63,688 bases of DNA, filler included, from Octopus bimaculoides (GCF_001194135.2; 4 parts of 4 records of this genome joined end to end with filler, not necessarily neighbours in it), one strand, 5' to 3'; shown: positions 1 through 11,240, counted from the whole stretch's first letter. Notes: generated by a model from the sequence alone, not told the origin. A program made the numbers and translations.

Positions 1-290
1 TTATTGAGCGAAAACACCTAAAGCTCCACGAGGCTCCGGCAGGGGATGGTGGTGAACCCTACTGTACTCTTTCACCATAACTTTCTCTCACTCTTACATC
101 CTGTTTCTGTTGTGCCTGTAATTCAAAGGGTCAGCCTTGTCACACTGTGTCACGTTGAATATCCCCCAGAACTACTTTAAGGGTACACGTGTCTGTGGAG
201 TGCTCAGCCACTTGCACGTTAATTTCACGAGCAGGTTGTTCCGATGATCAGATCAACTGGAACCCTCGGCGTCATAAGCGACGGAGTGCC
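1..290 (+). mobile_element. tRNA-derived SINE (family B), body and 3' end; head lies outside the window
   Basis: Near-identical to the reverse complement of the 41295-41662 copy, which carries the A/B-box head (ATGGCCCAGTGG...GGTTTCGATTCC). Confidence 0.85.
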
Positions 291-298
291 AATAACCT

Positions 299-510
299 TA
301 ATAAAAACAAAGTTATTTTAATTACTTCTACGAAACGTCCCACATCCCTCTGGATCTATGCTGCAAACTCCCAATTTTAAAGTCATGTTCATTTATGTTG
401 GATATATCTTAATAAAAACGAAATTATTTTAATAACTTCTACATTATTTTCAAAATTAATTGAAACAAAAGTATGATATTTCGACTGAAATATTGTAGCA
501 AAAGGGTTAA
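299..510. mobile_element. Right-end fragments of an AT-rich non-autonomous element ending AAGGG-TTAA (piggyBac-like MITE)
   Basis: Ends GGG+TTAA at 504-510. Internal direct repeat at 299-331/409-441. Same sequence recurs many times at 43.7-46.9 kb. Confidence 0.5.
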
Positions 511-536
511 AGGAGAGGGTGTATAATTTGGTAATA

Positions 537-918
537 CATGGTGTTCAAAAAGTCTCTTCGCAGTAAGTATTTTATGGCAAAATAAATATATATAAGATGG
601 TATAAGATACCAAAAGAATATATTAGACTTTACAAGACTTTAAAAACTTTATAAGAGGTGTTGAAAGTGTCGTCCGTCGTATTCAATACATAAGTTGACT
701 CTTCTATACATGTTTTGAAATACATCTTGGAGAGTCTGACGCGGTATGGACCGTGTGAAGGTTATGATTGCGTCATTTAGCTCATGAATGGTTTTCGGGC
801 GATTCTTGTACACTGATCCTTTACTTGTTCCCCAGAAAAAAGTCTGGCGCTGTCAAAGTCCCTTCGAAATAATCCGTTCACCAAAAATTTACTTCGAAGA
901 TACTCTTTGAACACCCTG
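537..918 (-). mobile_element. Internally deleted Tc1/mariner DNA transposon retaining the transposase C-terminus
   Basis: TA flanks at 535-536 and 919-920; imperfect TIRs CA(T/G)GGTGTTCAAA. The minus strand reads LTAPDFFL / VYKNRPKTIHELNDAI...RRVNLCIEYDGRHFQHLL*, matching the mariner SPDL(N/T)PxD region and the G.HFEHLL end. Confidence 0.85.
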
Positions 919-1524
919 TAATAACTCCATCACGCCACGTGAACAGCACATGTAGGGAACAATAGAAGGTGGTGTGTAGCATGATTGAAGTGAATGATAA
1001 TATTTCTGAGAGGGCGAGGAAGAGGGGAGGAACAGGAGGAGAGACATGTGTAGGAGGGAGCTTCGGTGCAGGTGACATATAATACGAGATATGAGATACC
1101 GAGGAAGCCGAGACTGGAATGAAACGATCGAACGTGACTGACTGACATTGAACTTGTTTTGGCGAAAGTAGGTCTTTGTAATATAGAAGCAAACACATGC
1201 ACGCGCGAGGACAGAACAGAAATATATGCATACACATAAAGAGAATGGAAGAATGAGAAGGAGTGAGAGTGGGAGAGAAAGAGAAAGTGAGAGAAAGATA
1301 GTGAGAGAGAGACATTACACATAGGCGCAGGCTTGGATGTGTGGTAAGAAGTGAAACTGAATCCGGAACCATGTGACTGGGTAGCAAACTTCTTACCACA
1401 TAGTCACGCATGCACCCACTTTATCTACCTATTTACCTATCTATCTACCTATCTACCTAGCTAATTATCTATCTGTCTATCTATACGTACATACACACAT
1501 ACATGCATACGTACATACGTAAGT

Positions 1525-1680
1525 ACATACATATATACACACAAACAAAAATACCTTGTTGTTGATGATGAAATTCCAATGAAAGAGCTTGGATCTAGGT
1601 TAGAAACCGGCTCTTTCCCTATTGGCAAGAAATCTTGAACTAAAACTGAACAATGACATACATACATACATACATACAAA
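1525..1680 (+). mobile_element. Isolated 3' UTR and (ACAT)n tail of the R4/Dong-like LINE family seen at 25075-25880
   Basis: AAATACCTTGTTG...TTGGATCTAGGTTAGAAACC...TTGGCAAGA matches the reverse complement of 25075-25180, downstream of that element's stop codon. Confidence 0.75.
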
Positions 1681-1746
1681 CCTACGCAGTAGACATCAAC
1701 AAAAGCATGGCAAATTTAACTATTTCTCTATAGATTGTTAAAATGA

Positions 1747-1800
1747 CGGTCAGACCTAATCGATTTTCGAACCTTATTGGATTCTCATCAGAGGTATCTA
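1747..1800 (-). ncRNA. Minimal type I hammerhead ribozyme motif HH1
   Basis: CUGAUGA at 1791-1785; stem II GAAUC/GGUUC with a 6-nt loop; GAAA at 1768-1765; palindromic stem III AAUCGAUU; UUA triplet with predicted cleavage at 1757|1756; short stem I ACC(U)/(A)GGU. Confidence 0.75.
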
Positions 1801-2196
1801 CATCATTTGACCAATGCTAGAGAAACAAGAGGCATGGCTGTGTAGTTAAGAAGCTTACTTCCCAAGTATGTGATTCTGGTTTCAGTCTCACTGTGCGTCA
1901 CCTTGGGCAAGTGAGTTCTACTATAGTTTCGGGTCAGTCAAATCCTCGTGAATGGATTTGGTATACAGAAACTGAAGGAAGTTTGTCATGTGTGTGTGTA
2001 TGTGTGTGTGTGTGTTTATGAAATATGTATCTATGTATGTCCGGGTTCAGACCCACTGCGTGGCACTCTGGGCAAGTGTCTTTTACTGTAACCTCGGGCC
2101 GACCAAAACACCGTGAGTGGATTGATAAGACGGAAACTGAAAGAAACCCATCGTATATGTGTGTCTGCGTACGTGTATATATGTGTATGTCTGCGT

Positions 2197-2240
<44 letters not shown>

Positions 2241-2758
2241 GTGTCTCTCTGTCTGTGTTTGATCCTACTACCGCTTGACAACCGGTGTTGGTGTGTTTAC
2301 GTCCCCGTAACCTAAAAGTTCGGCAAAAGACACTGGCAGTATAAGAAGCAAGTTAAAAAAAAAAAGTGGTGGAATCGATTTGTTAGACTAAAAATTCTTC
2401 AAAGGGGTGCTCCAGTATGACCGCAGTTTAAAGGCTGAAAGAAATAAAAATAAAAAAGAAAACAAAAAGAATCTCTCTTATACAACGTATAATTAATTGG
2501 GACTGTTATGTCTTAAATGACGTACAATTAACTGGGACTGTTCTCTATCTTCTTTAGGATCACTGATTATCGCATCCATGATGTTTTGTTCTATTTGTTT
2601 ATCTTTAAAAATAACTTTATTCTGTGCTAAATAGTTTATACAAATGAATTAATTCCTCTCACATATCTATATGTACTTTAATAAGTAGAAAGATTCTTCT
2701 TTCGAACAAACTTTCTAAATCATGGCGGCAGATACACCTCTATTGATACGAAGGCTAG

Positions 2759-2791
<33 letters not shown>

Positions 2792-2810
2792 GGCTGCCTG
2801 CCTGCCTGCC

Positions 2811-2849
<39 letters not shown>

Positions 2850-3139
2850 ATGTGTGTGCAGGTGCATGACTTAGCGTTTACGGTATTCGGCTCACGGCCG
2901 TAAGCCCGTGAGTTCGATTCCTGGTGACGTGTTGTGTCTTTGAGCAAGACACTATTTCACGTTGCTCTAGTTCACCCATCTGTCAAAACTGAACTGTACC
3001 TGTATTTCAAAGGGTCAGCTTTGTCACATTCTGTGTCATGTTCCATCTCTCAGAGAACAACGTTAAGGATACGCGTGACTGTAGAGTGCTCAGTCACTTG
3101 CAAGTTAATGTCACGAGCATGCTGTTCGTTTAGGAACAC
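1756..3139 (+). repeat. Left arm (probable donor) of a local inverted duplication
   Basis: Reverse complement of 8424-9714, including non-repeat sequence: 2521-2760 vs 8795-9034 differ at 5 of about 240 positions by eye. Confidence 0.95.
1828..2465 (+). mobile_element. Compound tRNA-derived SINE (family A, internal (TA)/(TG) microsatellite)
   Basis: Head TGGCTGTGT..GG / GGTTCAGTCC-like, core CTTGGGCAAGTG...GGAAACTGAAAGAA, TG tract, tail GACAACCG..GGTGTGTTTACGTCCCCGTAAC...GGTGCTCCAG; same layout as 43941-44340. Confidence 0.85.
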
Positions 3140-3166
3140 TCCTTGTGGTAACCGACGGATTACCAG
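2856..3166 (+). mobile_element. Complete tRNA-derived SINE (family C) sharing its 3' half with family B
   Basis: B-box GAGTTCGATTCC, central GTCTTTGAGCAAGACACT domain, 3' half matching 120-290, and a (TATG)n tail. Confidence 0.8.
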
Positions 3167-4326
3167 TATGTATGTATATATGTGAGTATGTTAGTGTGAA
3201 TGTATGCATGTATGCGTGTGTGTAGGGGTATGTATGAATATGTATGTATGTATCTATGCATATAAGCATATGTATACGTAGGTATGTATCCATTTTCTCT
3301 GCCCATTAAACCTGAGATGGTCGTGGGGAAGACTATTGATATTATCCACCTCCGTCGCTCGTACTCTACCCCCAGATCTCCTGCCCGTTGACATTCACGC
3401 TGACACAACTCTAGCCGCTGTTCTAACTGGAATTATGGTGAATTACCTATTGGAGCACTCAGAACGAATGCTTATTAGTCTGGGTTACGTTGGCCTAAAC
3501 TCCTGATGTCTTGTATAAAAATACTTATATATACATATATATATGAAAGGAAGCAAAATATAATCTATTAAGATTACACATATTCCCTATACATATTATA
3601 TAAGCCCAATTGTAGCTGTGTGGTAAAAAGTTTGCTTCTCAACCACCTGGTTCCGGGTTCAGTCCTCTGCATGGCACCTTGGGCAAGTGTCATCTACGTC
3701 CGTTTGTTGTTCCGTATGTTAGTATCAAGAGACAATGTTCGACGTCGCAAGTTAAGGCTGACACAGTTGACTGAACGGCTCCAAACAATCAATGCTCTGA
3801 AAGTTTTCTGTCAAGTGACTATCCTCTACCATGTGACTATCCTCTACCAATCGAATCCCCTTCAAAACATATACTAATTTAAACCATGAACTCTCTATAA
3901 AAAACAGGGCAAACTTTAAACGCCAGACAGAAGCAAGACAACTGCGACATAAGCCACGTCTTTCTATTTGAATCTTTTGAAACTCTGTGTAAACTGTGAA
4001 ACCGGTTAAAGCTTCAAATATATTAATAAGAAATATTTTAATTATTCTCAGTGCATTTTCAACTTCTATTTTTCATACACACACGCACACACATATTTAT
4101 ATATATATATTAGAAATAATGAATTTCTAAATCTATCAGAAAGATTTAAGCAGTAGTGATGCGATAAAGTAGTTGTATACTGCCAACTTAACGTCATCGT
4201 CCCAATAAGGGAATATACTACTGCTGTTTAGCCCTAGGAAGCCAAACCGCTTCCTATTAGGCCTCGACACATTTCCTGTGCCCTTATCCTTACGAAGGGG
4301 AGACAAACTCCTCCACCCAGCCCAGC

Positions 4327-4381
4327 GTGCATACAGGGACATGTTTCTGAGTCTTTGCTCGTCATCAGCCTGAAGTAGCAC
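4327..4381 (-). ncRNA. Type I hammerhead motif HH2 at the apex of a 27-bp stem
   Basis: CAGG-CUGAUGA (4368-4362), stem II GAG/CUC with a C.A first pair, GAAA, palindrome ACAUGU, GUC triplet with cleavage at 4338|4337, then CCUG; distal stem I GUGC/GCAC. Enclosed by an inverted repeat 4273-4299/4386-4412. Confidence 0.8.
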
Positions 4382-4576
4382 GACTCCCTCCGTAAGGATA
4401 AGGGCACAGGAANNNNNNNNNNNNNNNNNNNNNNNNNNNNNNNNNNNNNNNNNNNNNNNNNNNNNNNNNNNNNNNNNNNNNNNNNNNNNNNNNNNNNNNN
4501 NNNNNNNNNNNNNNNNNNNNNNNNNNNNNNNNNNNNNNNNNNNNNNNNNNNNNNNNNNNNNNNNNNNNNNNNNNNN

Positions 4577-4577
<1 letters not shown>

Positions 4578-4607
<30 letters not shown>

Positions 4608-4865
4608 ATATATATATATATATACATATATGTGTGTGTGTGTGTGTGTGTATGTTTGTGTGTCTGTGTTTGACCCCCAACCATCGCTAGACAACAGATG
4701 CTGGTGTGTTTACGTCCCCATAACTTAGCAGTTCGGCAAAAGAGAGACCGATAGAATAAGTACTAGGCTTACAAAGAATAAGTCCTGGGGTCGATTTGTT
4801 CGTCTAAAGGCGGTGCTCCAGCATGGCAGTAGTAAAATATCTCGAACAAATAAAAGAAATAAAAT
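4578..4865 (+). mobile_element. SINE family A, microsatellite and 3' half
   Basis: Matches 44130-44340. Confidence 0.85.
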
Positions 4866-5041
4866 ACATATGCACATATAAATGAGAGTGTCGGTGAATA
4901 TTTATGCATACATGTAAGTCCAATATGTACGTGAATACACGTACAAGCATATACATATACCCATACTTATACATGCATGGCCATACATTCACATACACAT
5001 GCACACAAGCATGTGTATATATGTATATATATGCATATGTA

Positions 5042-5075
<34 letters not shown>

Positions 5076-6279
5076 TTTTCATAGAAACTATGTAATCGTT
5101 ACCAATATAGCAGGAGATTTCACCGCAAAAAATCTAAATTAGACTCCTTAGGGATAATATAATATAATATAAATATTTATNNNNNNNNNNNNNNNNNNNN
5201 NNNNNNNNNNNNNNNNNNNNNNNNNNNNNNNNNNNNNNNNNNNNNNNNNNNNNNNNNNNNNNNNNNNNNNNNNNNNNNNNNNNNNNNNNNNNNNNNNNNN
5301 NNNNNNNNNNNNNNNNNNNNNNNNNNNNNNNNNNNNNNNNNNNNNNNNNNNNNNNNNNNNNNNNNNNNNNNNNNNNNNNNNNNNNNNNNNNNNNNNNNNN
5401 NNNNNNNNNNNNNNNNNNNNNNNNNNNNNNNNNNNNNNNNNNNNNNNNNNNNNNNNNNNNNNNNNNNNNNNNNNNNNNNNNNNNNNNNNNNNNNNNNNNN
5501 NNNNNNNNNNNNNNNNNNNNNNNNNNNNNNNNNNNNNNNNNNNNNNNNNNNNNNNNNNNNNNNNNNNNNNNNNNNNNNNNNNNNNNNNNNNNNNNNNNNN
5601 NNNNNNNNNNNNNNNNNNNNNNNNNNNNNNNNNNNNNNNNNNNNNNNNNNNNNNNNNNNNNNNNNNNNNNNNNNNNNNNNNNNNNNNNNNNNNNNNNNNN
5701 NNNNNNNNNNNNNNNNNNNNNNNNNNNNNNNNNNNNNNNNNNNNNNNNNNNNNNNNNNNNNNNNNNNNNNNNNNNNNNNNNNNNNNNNNNNNNNNNNNNN
5801 NNNNNNNNNNNNNNNNNNNNNNNNNNNNNNNNNNNNNNNNNNNNNNNNNNNNNNNNNNNNNNNNNNNNNNNNNNNNNNNNNNNNNNNNNNNNNNNNNNNN
5901 NNNNNNNNNNNNNNNNNNNNNNNNNNNNNNNNNNNNNNNNNNNNNNNNNNNNNNNNNNNNNNNNNNNNNNNNNNNNNNNNNNNNNNNNNNNNNNNNNNNN
6001 NNTATATATATATATATATATATGTAATATTTTTGACTAATGTGTATGTAGTGATGTCAGTATGTGACAACCTACAATTTTACAAGTGCATGCGAGAAAG
6101 AGAGGTCATTATCTTGTACGTAAAAGAAGAAAAATAAGAACATGTGAGACGTTCATAATAAGCCATAACATATTTATTACTGGATGTAAAGCGTTAACAT
6201 ATAAGAATGGTTTGATAGAAAAGGCTTGTAACATATTACATGGACATACTTTGCAACCACATGTCTCAAAGCAAATGAG

Positions 6280-6550
6280 GCGAATATGCGCGCGTTTGGA
6301 TGTGTGCGAGTGGCGTAGCTCAATGTGTACGCCTACGAACCGACAGGCAAAAAGGAGCGCGAAATTAGAAATGCGTTCGCTTTATATAAGACATGAACCG
6401 GAAGTCCCTGACATCTACGTCATCCGGAAGTTAATTGAAAGCTTCTAGAACATCCGAGAATTTTCGAGAAGGTCGAGGGAGATTACTCTCGTTAGATCCC
6501 GTTTTCGTTTTGCTTTCCAGCTAGACCGCCAGGGGTCACTACAGGTATAT
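6280..6550 (+). promoter_or_regulatory. Putative CpG-rich promoter and first exon
   Basis: Locally CpG-rich, non-repetitive sequence; two perfect ETS sites CCGGAAGT (6398-6405, 6424-6431); TATATAA at 6383-6389; CRE-like TACGTCA near 6416; candidate donor CAG|GTATAT after 6544. Confidence 0.45.
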
Positions 6551-7133
6551 GTCAATTATTGTTTTGATGTGTTAAGTAAAAGACTGCTACGGTCTGGGCT
6601 ACCTAGTTTCATCCGCAGCTGGGCTATATTTCCATCAGATCTACTTCATGAATTCCGCAGTATTAGTTGAGATACTAATAATTGATTAAGTGAACAGGAG
6701 ATGGATTCGGTATTAGTTTTTATTTTGTACGACAATCGTTTCGACCCATCCTGCTACTGCTCTTTATGGACAGGATTCTGTGCATCATGTTGTATTGCAT
6801 TCAATTTGCAGTCTGGGTCACATCAGGTACGTCCATACATAAAGTTGTGTCTCGCTAAAGAACTTGAGTTTGGGCGGTCAAGTTGTTATTTGCCTGTCGA
6901 GTAAAGTAACTAGTGTGAAAATCTCTAAAAGAGATGAAAGTAGTGACTATACTGAGAAGTAATCTTTATCGCCACATCAATACGGCCGCTCGACGTTACT
7001 GCCGCTTTTAACTTTCATCTCTTATAGAGATTTTCAAACTAGTTACTTTGCTTGTTGCAAAATCAGTGATTGATTGCCGCTTGTTTTTCTATGTATTGCA
7101 AGCTGGAGCGGATTATTGTTATCTTTAGCGAAT

Positions 7134-7192
7134 GGGCGTCCACCACTGAGGATGAACACAAATAGCTCGAAACCGTACGGTTTGGTGATCCC
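7134..7192 (+). ncRNA. Type I hammerhead motif HH3
   Basis: Stem I CACCA (7141-45)/UGGUG (7183-87) plus distal GGG/CCC; CUGAGGA at 7146-52; stem II GAAC/GCUC with one mismatch; GAAA; 10-nt palindrome ACCGUACGGU; GUU triplet with cleavage at 7182|7183. Confidence 0.8.
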
Positions 7193-7349
7193 TGTGGTCT
7201 GCTAGAAGATGATATGGGTTCGCTTCTTTCCTTGCAATATATACCGGGTGGGGTGCAGAATGCATCGATAACCAGCTGGAGGAGGCTTTTGCTGGGGTTG
7301 AAAGACATAGAAACATCGGACAGTCATATTGATGTGGCAATAAACATTA

Positions 7350-7389
<40 letters not shown>

Positions 7390-7519
7390 AGCATTAAAAA
7401 AAAAAGATACGCAGGAAGAGGATCAATGTAAACAAACATATACATGTACACTTACATACACGCACGTATTCAAACCGACACACACAACCGCTTATACATT
7501 AATACACATACTCACTCAC

Positions 7520-7900
7520 ACGTACAGATATACGTTCTGAATTCAAATTCCACCGAGGTCGACTTTGCCTTTCATCCTTTCGAGGTTGATAAATTAAGTA
7601 CCTGTTACGTACTGGGATCGACCTAATCGACTGGTCCCATCCCCCAAAATTTCGGGCCTTGTGCCTAGAGTACAAAATAATATAAATATCATAAAAGTAG
7701 CGAGCTGGCAGGATCGTTACTATGCTGGGCAAAATGCTTAGCGGCATTTCCGTTCGTCTACACGCTCAAATTCCGCCGAGATCGACTTTGCTTTTCATTC
7801 TTCCGGGGTCGATAAAATAAGTAACAGTTGAGCGCTGGGGTCGATGTAAACGATTTAGCCCCTACCTCGAAGCTGCTGGCCTTGTGCCAAACTTTGAACC
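7520..7900 (+). mobile_element. Two tandem copies of SINE family D (GTCGACTTTGCCTTTCATCC core)
   Basis: Repeated GAATTCAAATTCC..CGAG(G/A)TCGACTTTGC.TTTCAT.C...GATAAA.TAAGTA core; further copies at 17.4, 20.4-20.9, 21.7, 31.2-31.9 and 48.8-49.2 kb. Confidence 0.85.
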
Positions 7901-8340
7901 CTATATAGATATTATATGAAAAGGGAAAAACGAAATACTAAACTATAAGATAATAATATAATGACTATCTAGTATCCATTAACAGATAGCTAAATTGATA
8001 GACGTGCACGCACACATATCTATATGAATGCTTGGATACATATATATACACTCATATATAAGTGTGGAATATGTGCAAGCACATACACATATACACCCGT
8101 TGATGCATATGCAATATTGCAAGTATAGCTAGCTGCGTTTATATTGGTTGTGGGAGATGGGTAGGAACGGGCAAACCATTTGAAAAATATGTATTATTCA
8201 TGTTACATTGTAATTGCTTTTGTAATTTGTTTCAGAAAAATCCAGGGAGATACGAGTATCATTATCATCCGTATATAAATGTCAGAAAAAAAAAAAAAAA
8301 CCCTTTTTGATTTGAGCTAGTTTGATAAGTGCTAATGTAC

Positions 8341-8425
8341 AGATCAGTGGAGGCGCAATGGCCCAGTGGTTAGGGCAGCAGACTCGCGGTCATAGGATCG
8401 CGGTTTCGATTCCCAGACCGGGCGT
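8341..8425 (+). mobile_element. Isolated tRNA-like head of SINE family B fused to the duplicated segment
   Basis: A-box TGGCCCAGTGG and B-box GGTTTCGATTCC, matching the reverse complement of 41598-41662; the SINE body is absent. Confidence 0.85.
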
Positions 8426-9714
8426 GTTCCTAAACGAACAGCATGCTCGTGACATTAACTTGCAAGTGGCTGAGCACTCTACAGTCACGCGTATCCTTAA
8501 CGTTGTTCTCTGAGAGATGGAACATGACACAGAATGTGACAAAGCTGACCCTTTGAAATACAGGTACAGTTCAGTTTTGACAGATGGGTGAACTAGAGCA
8601 ACGTGAAATAGTGTCTTGCTCAAAGACACAACACGTCACCAGGAATCGAACTCACGGGCTTACGGCCGTGAGCCGAATACCGTAAACGCTAAGTCATGCG
8701 CCTGCACACACATACATACATACATACATACATACAGACAGACAGACAGACAGACAGACAGGCAGGCAGGCAGCCAGACAGACAGACAGACAGACACTAG
8801 CCTTCGTATCAATAGAGGTGTATCTGCCGCCATGATTTAGAAAGTTTGTTCAAAAGAAGAAGCTTTCTACTTATTAAAGTACATATAGATATGTGAGAGA
8901 AATTAATTCATTTGTATAAACTATTTAGCACAGAATAAAGTTATTTTTAAAGATAAACAAATAGAACAAAACATCATGGATGCGATAATCAGTGATCCTA
9001 AAGAAGATAGAGAACAGTCAGAGTTAATTGTACGTCATTTAAGACATAACAGTCCCAATTAATTATACGTTGTATAAGACAGATTCTTTTTGTTTTCTTT
9101 TTTATTTTTATTTCTTTCAGCTATTAAACTGCGGTCATGCTGGGGCACCCCTTTGAAAAGTTTTTAGACGAACAAATCGATTCCAGCACTTTTTTAAAAA
9201 CTTGCTTCTTATACTGCCAGTGACTTTTGTCGAACCGTTAGGTTAAGGGGACGTAAACACACCAACACCGGTTGTCAAGCGGTAGTATGATCAAACACAG
9301 ACAGAAAAACACACACACACACTACTCCGACACACACATACACACATATACGATGGGTTTCTTTCAGTTTCCGTCGTCTAAATCCACTCACAATGTTTTG
9401 GTCAGGCCGGGACTATAGCACAAGACACTTGTCACGCAGTGGGTCTGAATCCGGACACATATAGATACATATTTCATAAACACACACATGACAAACTCCC
9501 TTCAGTTTCTGTATACCAAATCCATTCACAAGGAATGGATTTGGTATAGGAGAATTCACTTGCCCAAGGTGACGCGCAGTGAAACTGAAACCAACATGAC
9601 GTACTTGGGAAGTAAGCTTCTTAACTACACAGTCATGCATTTTATTTCTCTAGCATTGGTCAAGTGATGTAGATACCTCTGATGAGAATCCAATGAGGTT
9701 CGAAAATCGATTAG
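8424..9714 (-). repeat. Right arm (probable derived copy) of the inverted duplication
   Basis: Reverse complement of 1756-3139. It truncates the SINE-C tail at one end and the hammerhead stem I at the other. Confidence 0.95.
9671..9714 (+). ncRNA. Truncated hammerhead copy HH4 lacking the 3' strand of stem I
   Basis: CUGAUGA at 9679-85, stem II GAAUC/GGUUC, GAAAAUCGAUUA-G; identity with HH1 stops at 9714. Confidence 0.7.
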
Positions 9715-9739
9715 CTGCTGAAACTAGATTGTTCCTATC

Positions 9740-10245
9740 AACAGCTTCTTGCCTTTAACCCTCCAACGCGGTGTATAAGCCACTTATAATTGAATTCCAT
9801 GCCGCATAATTTTTCGCTTCTGTACTTATACTCTGTCATGAATGTCCCCCTTTCTCTAGTTCCTTTTGTGTTGATCTTCGCCACGAGTTCTTAGGCCTAC
9901 CCCTCTTTCTATATCCATCCGGATTCAACTGTAAAGCGCTTTCCGCTGCATTTGGTGTGTTCTTTCTAATTGTGCTACCAATCTACTTCCACTTTTTCTT
10001 AAATATTTGCTCTCTAATCGGAACTTGATTTGTTCTTTGCCATAGCTCCATATTGCTTATGTGTTCGGGCCGTCTGATTTTAAGTATACTACGCAAGCAC
10101 CTGTTGATGAATGATTGTATTTGCTTATTTGACTTAACTGTTGTTCGCCACGTGTCAGCTCCATACAATAACACCGCTTTTACGTTAGTGTTAAGAATTC
10201 TTATTTTGTTCTTTATTAAAATTACATTTGCTGATAGTTGACAAG
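9740..10245 (-). mobile_element. 5'-truncated RTE-type LINE, C-terminal end of ORF, decayed
   Basis: KIRILNTNVKAVLLYGADTW...FINRCLRSILKI...ELWQRTNQ...KKKWK*IG...LNPDGYRKRGRPKNSWRR, typical post-RT motifs of RTE-clade elements. Confidence 0.85.
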
Positions 10246-11014
10246 ATTGTTCTTAGCAATAAATACAAATTAAAAAATTATAATCTAATAATATATTAGC
10301 TCTAAGAGAGTGCAGACATACAATTACAATCAACGGGCTACACTTACAGTTCTACAGAGTAAATCAAATTTTTACAGATATCTCCTGGTAAGCCCAACTA
10401 ACATATGTATGGTGGGAGAGGGTGGACATAGAGTACAACAAAATAAAGGAAAAATAACATATAATAAAATGAAAATCAAAATGAAATAAGATGAATAAAT
10501 CAAACATGGGGGTAATATTGTTCACGAGTAAAGTAGGGATATTAATGTTCATTTAAAGTGGGGGAAAGTGCAGTGAGTGGAGGAAAGAACAATAAGTTAG
10601 TAGCGAAATATGTCCAAATTCCCGCAAGTGCCGGCACTTATGAGGTTAAGTCCAAATTCATTCCCTTAGTAGCCTTAATGAATCGCTGATATACATGAGA
10701 CTGCTTACTCTTTGACAGTTCCCTCGTGCATGTTATAATGTTAAGCAGCTGAAGGACATAAGCGGCCCCGCACCACTTATATCATTGTATTCACCCCGGA
10801 TCCTCTATATTTTCTTGTTTATTTTTATTGACACATCCATTGTAACGGTTTTAACTAGTCACCTCTATTCAAATCGTAACTGATCAATTGTAGAGATCGC
10901 TGAACTTAGACTTGCCCCATTGTGGACAATAGGTAATATTCTCGGTAATATTTCTGTGAGTAAACTTTCTTAGTACAATTGATGTGTTGGTTAATCTGAG
11001 GTTTTCTCTATTTT

Positions 11015-11240
11015 CTGTTTCAGTCATTTAACTGTGGCCATGCTGGAGCACCACCTTTAGTCGAGCAAATCGACCCCAGAACTTATTCTTTGTAAGCCTA
11101 GTACTTATTCTATCGGTCTCTTTAGTCGAACCGCTAAGTTACGGGGACGTAAACACACCAGCATCGGTTGTCAAGAGATGTTGGGGAACAAACACAGACA
11201 CACAAACATATACATATATATATATATATATATATAAATA
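11015..11240 (-). mobile_element. SINE family A, 3' half
   Basis: Matches 48380-48600. Confidence 0.85.

Noticed and set aside
7213-7335. MGSLLS.. reading resembling a myristoylation start
   Set aside because: It runs into a (CA)n tract with only a weak donor, and the segment is better explained as hammerhead-element flank.
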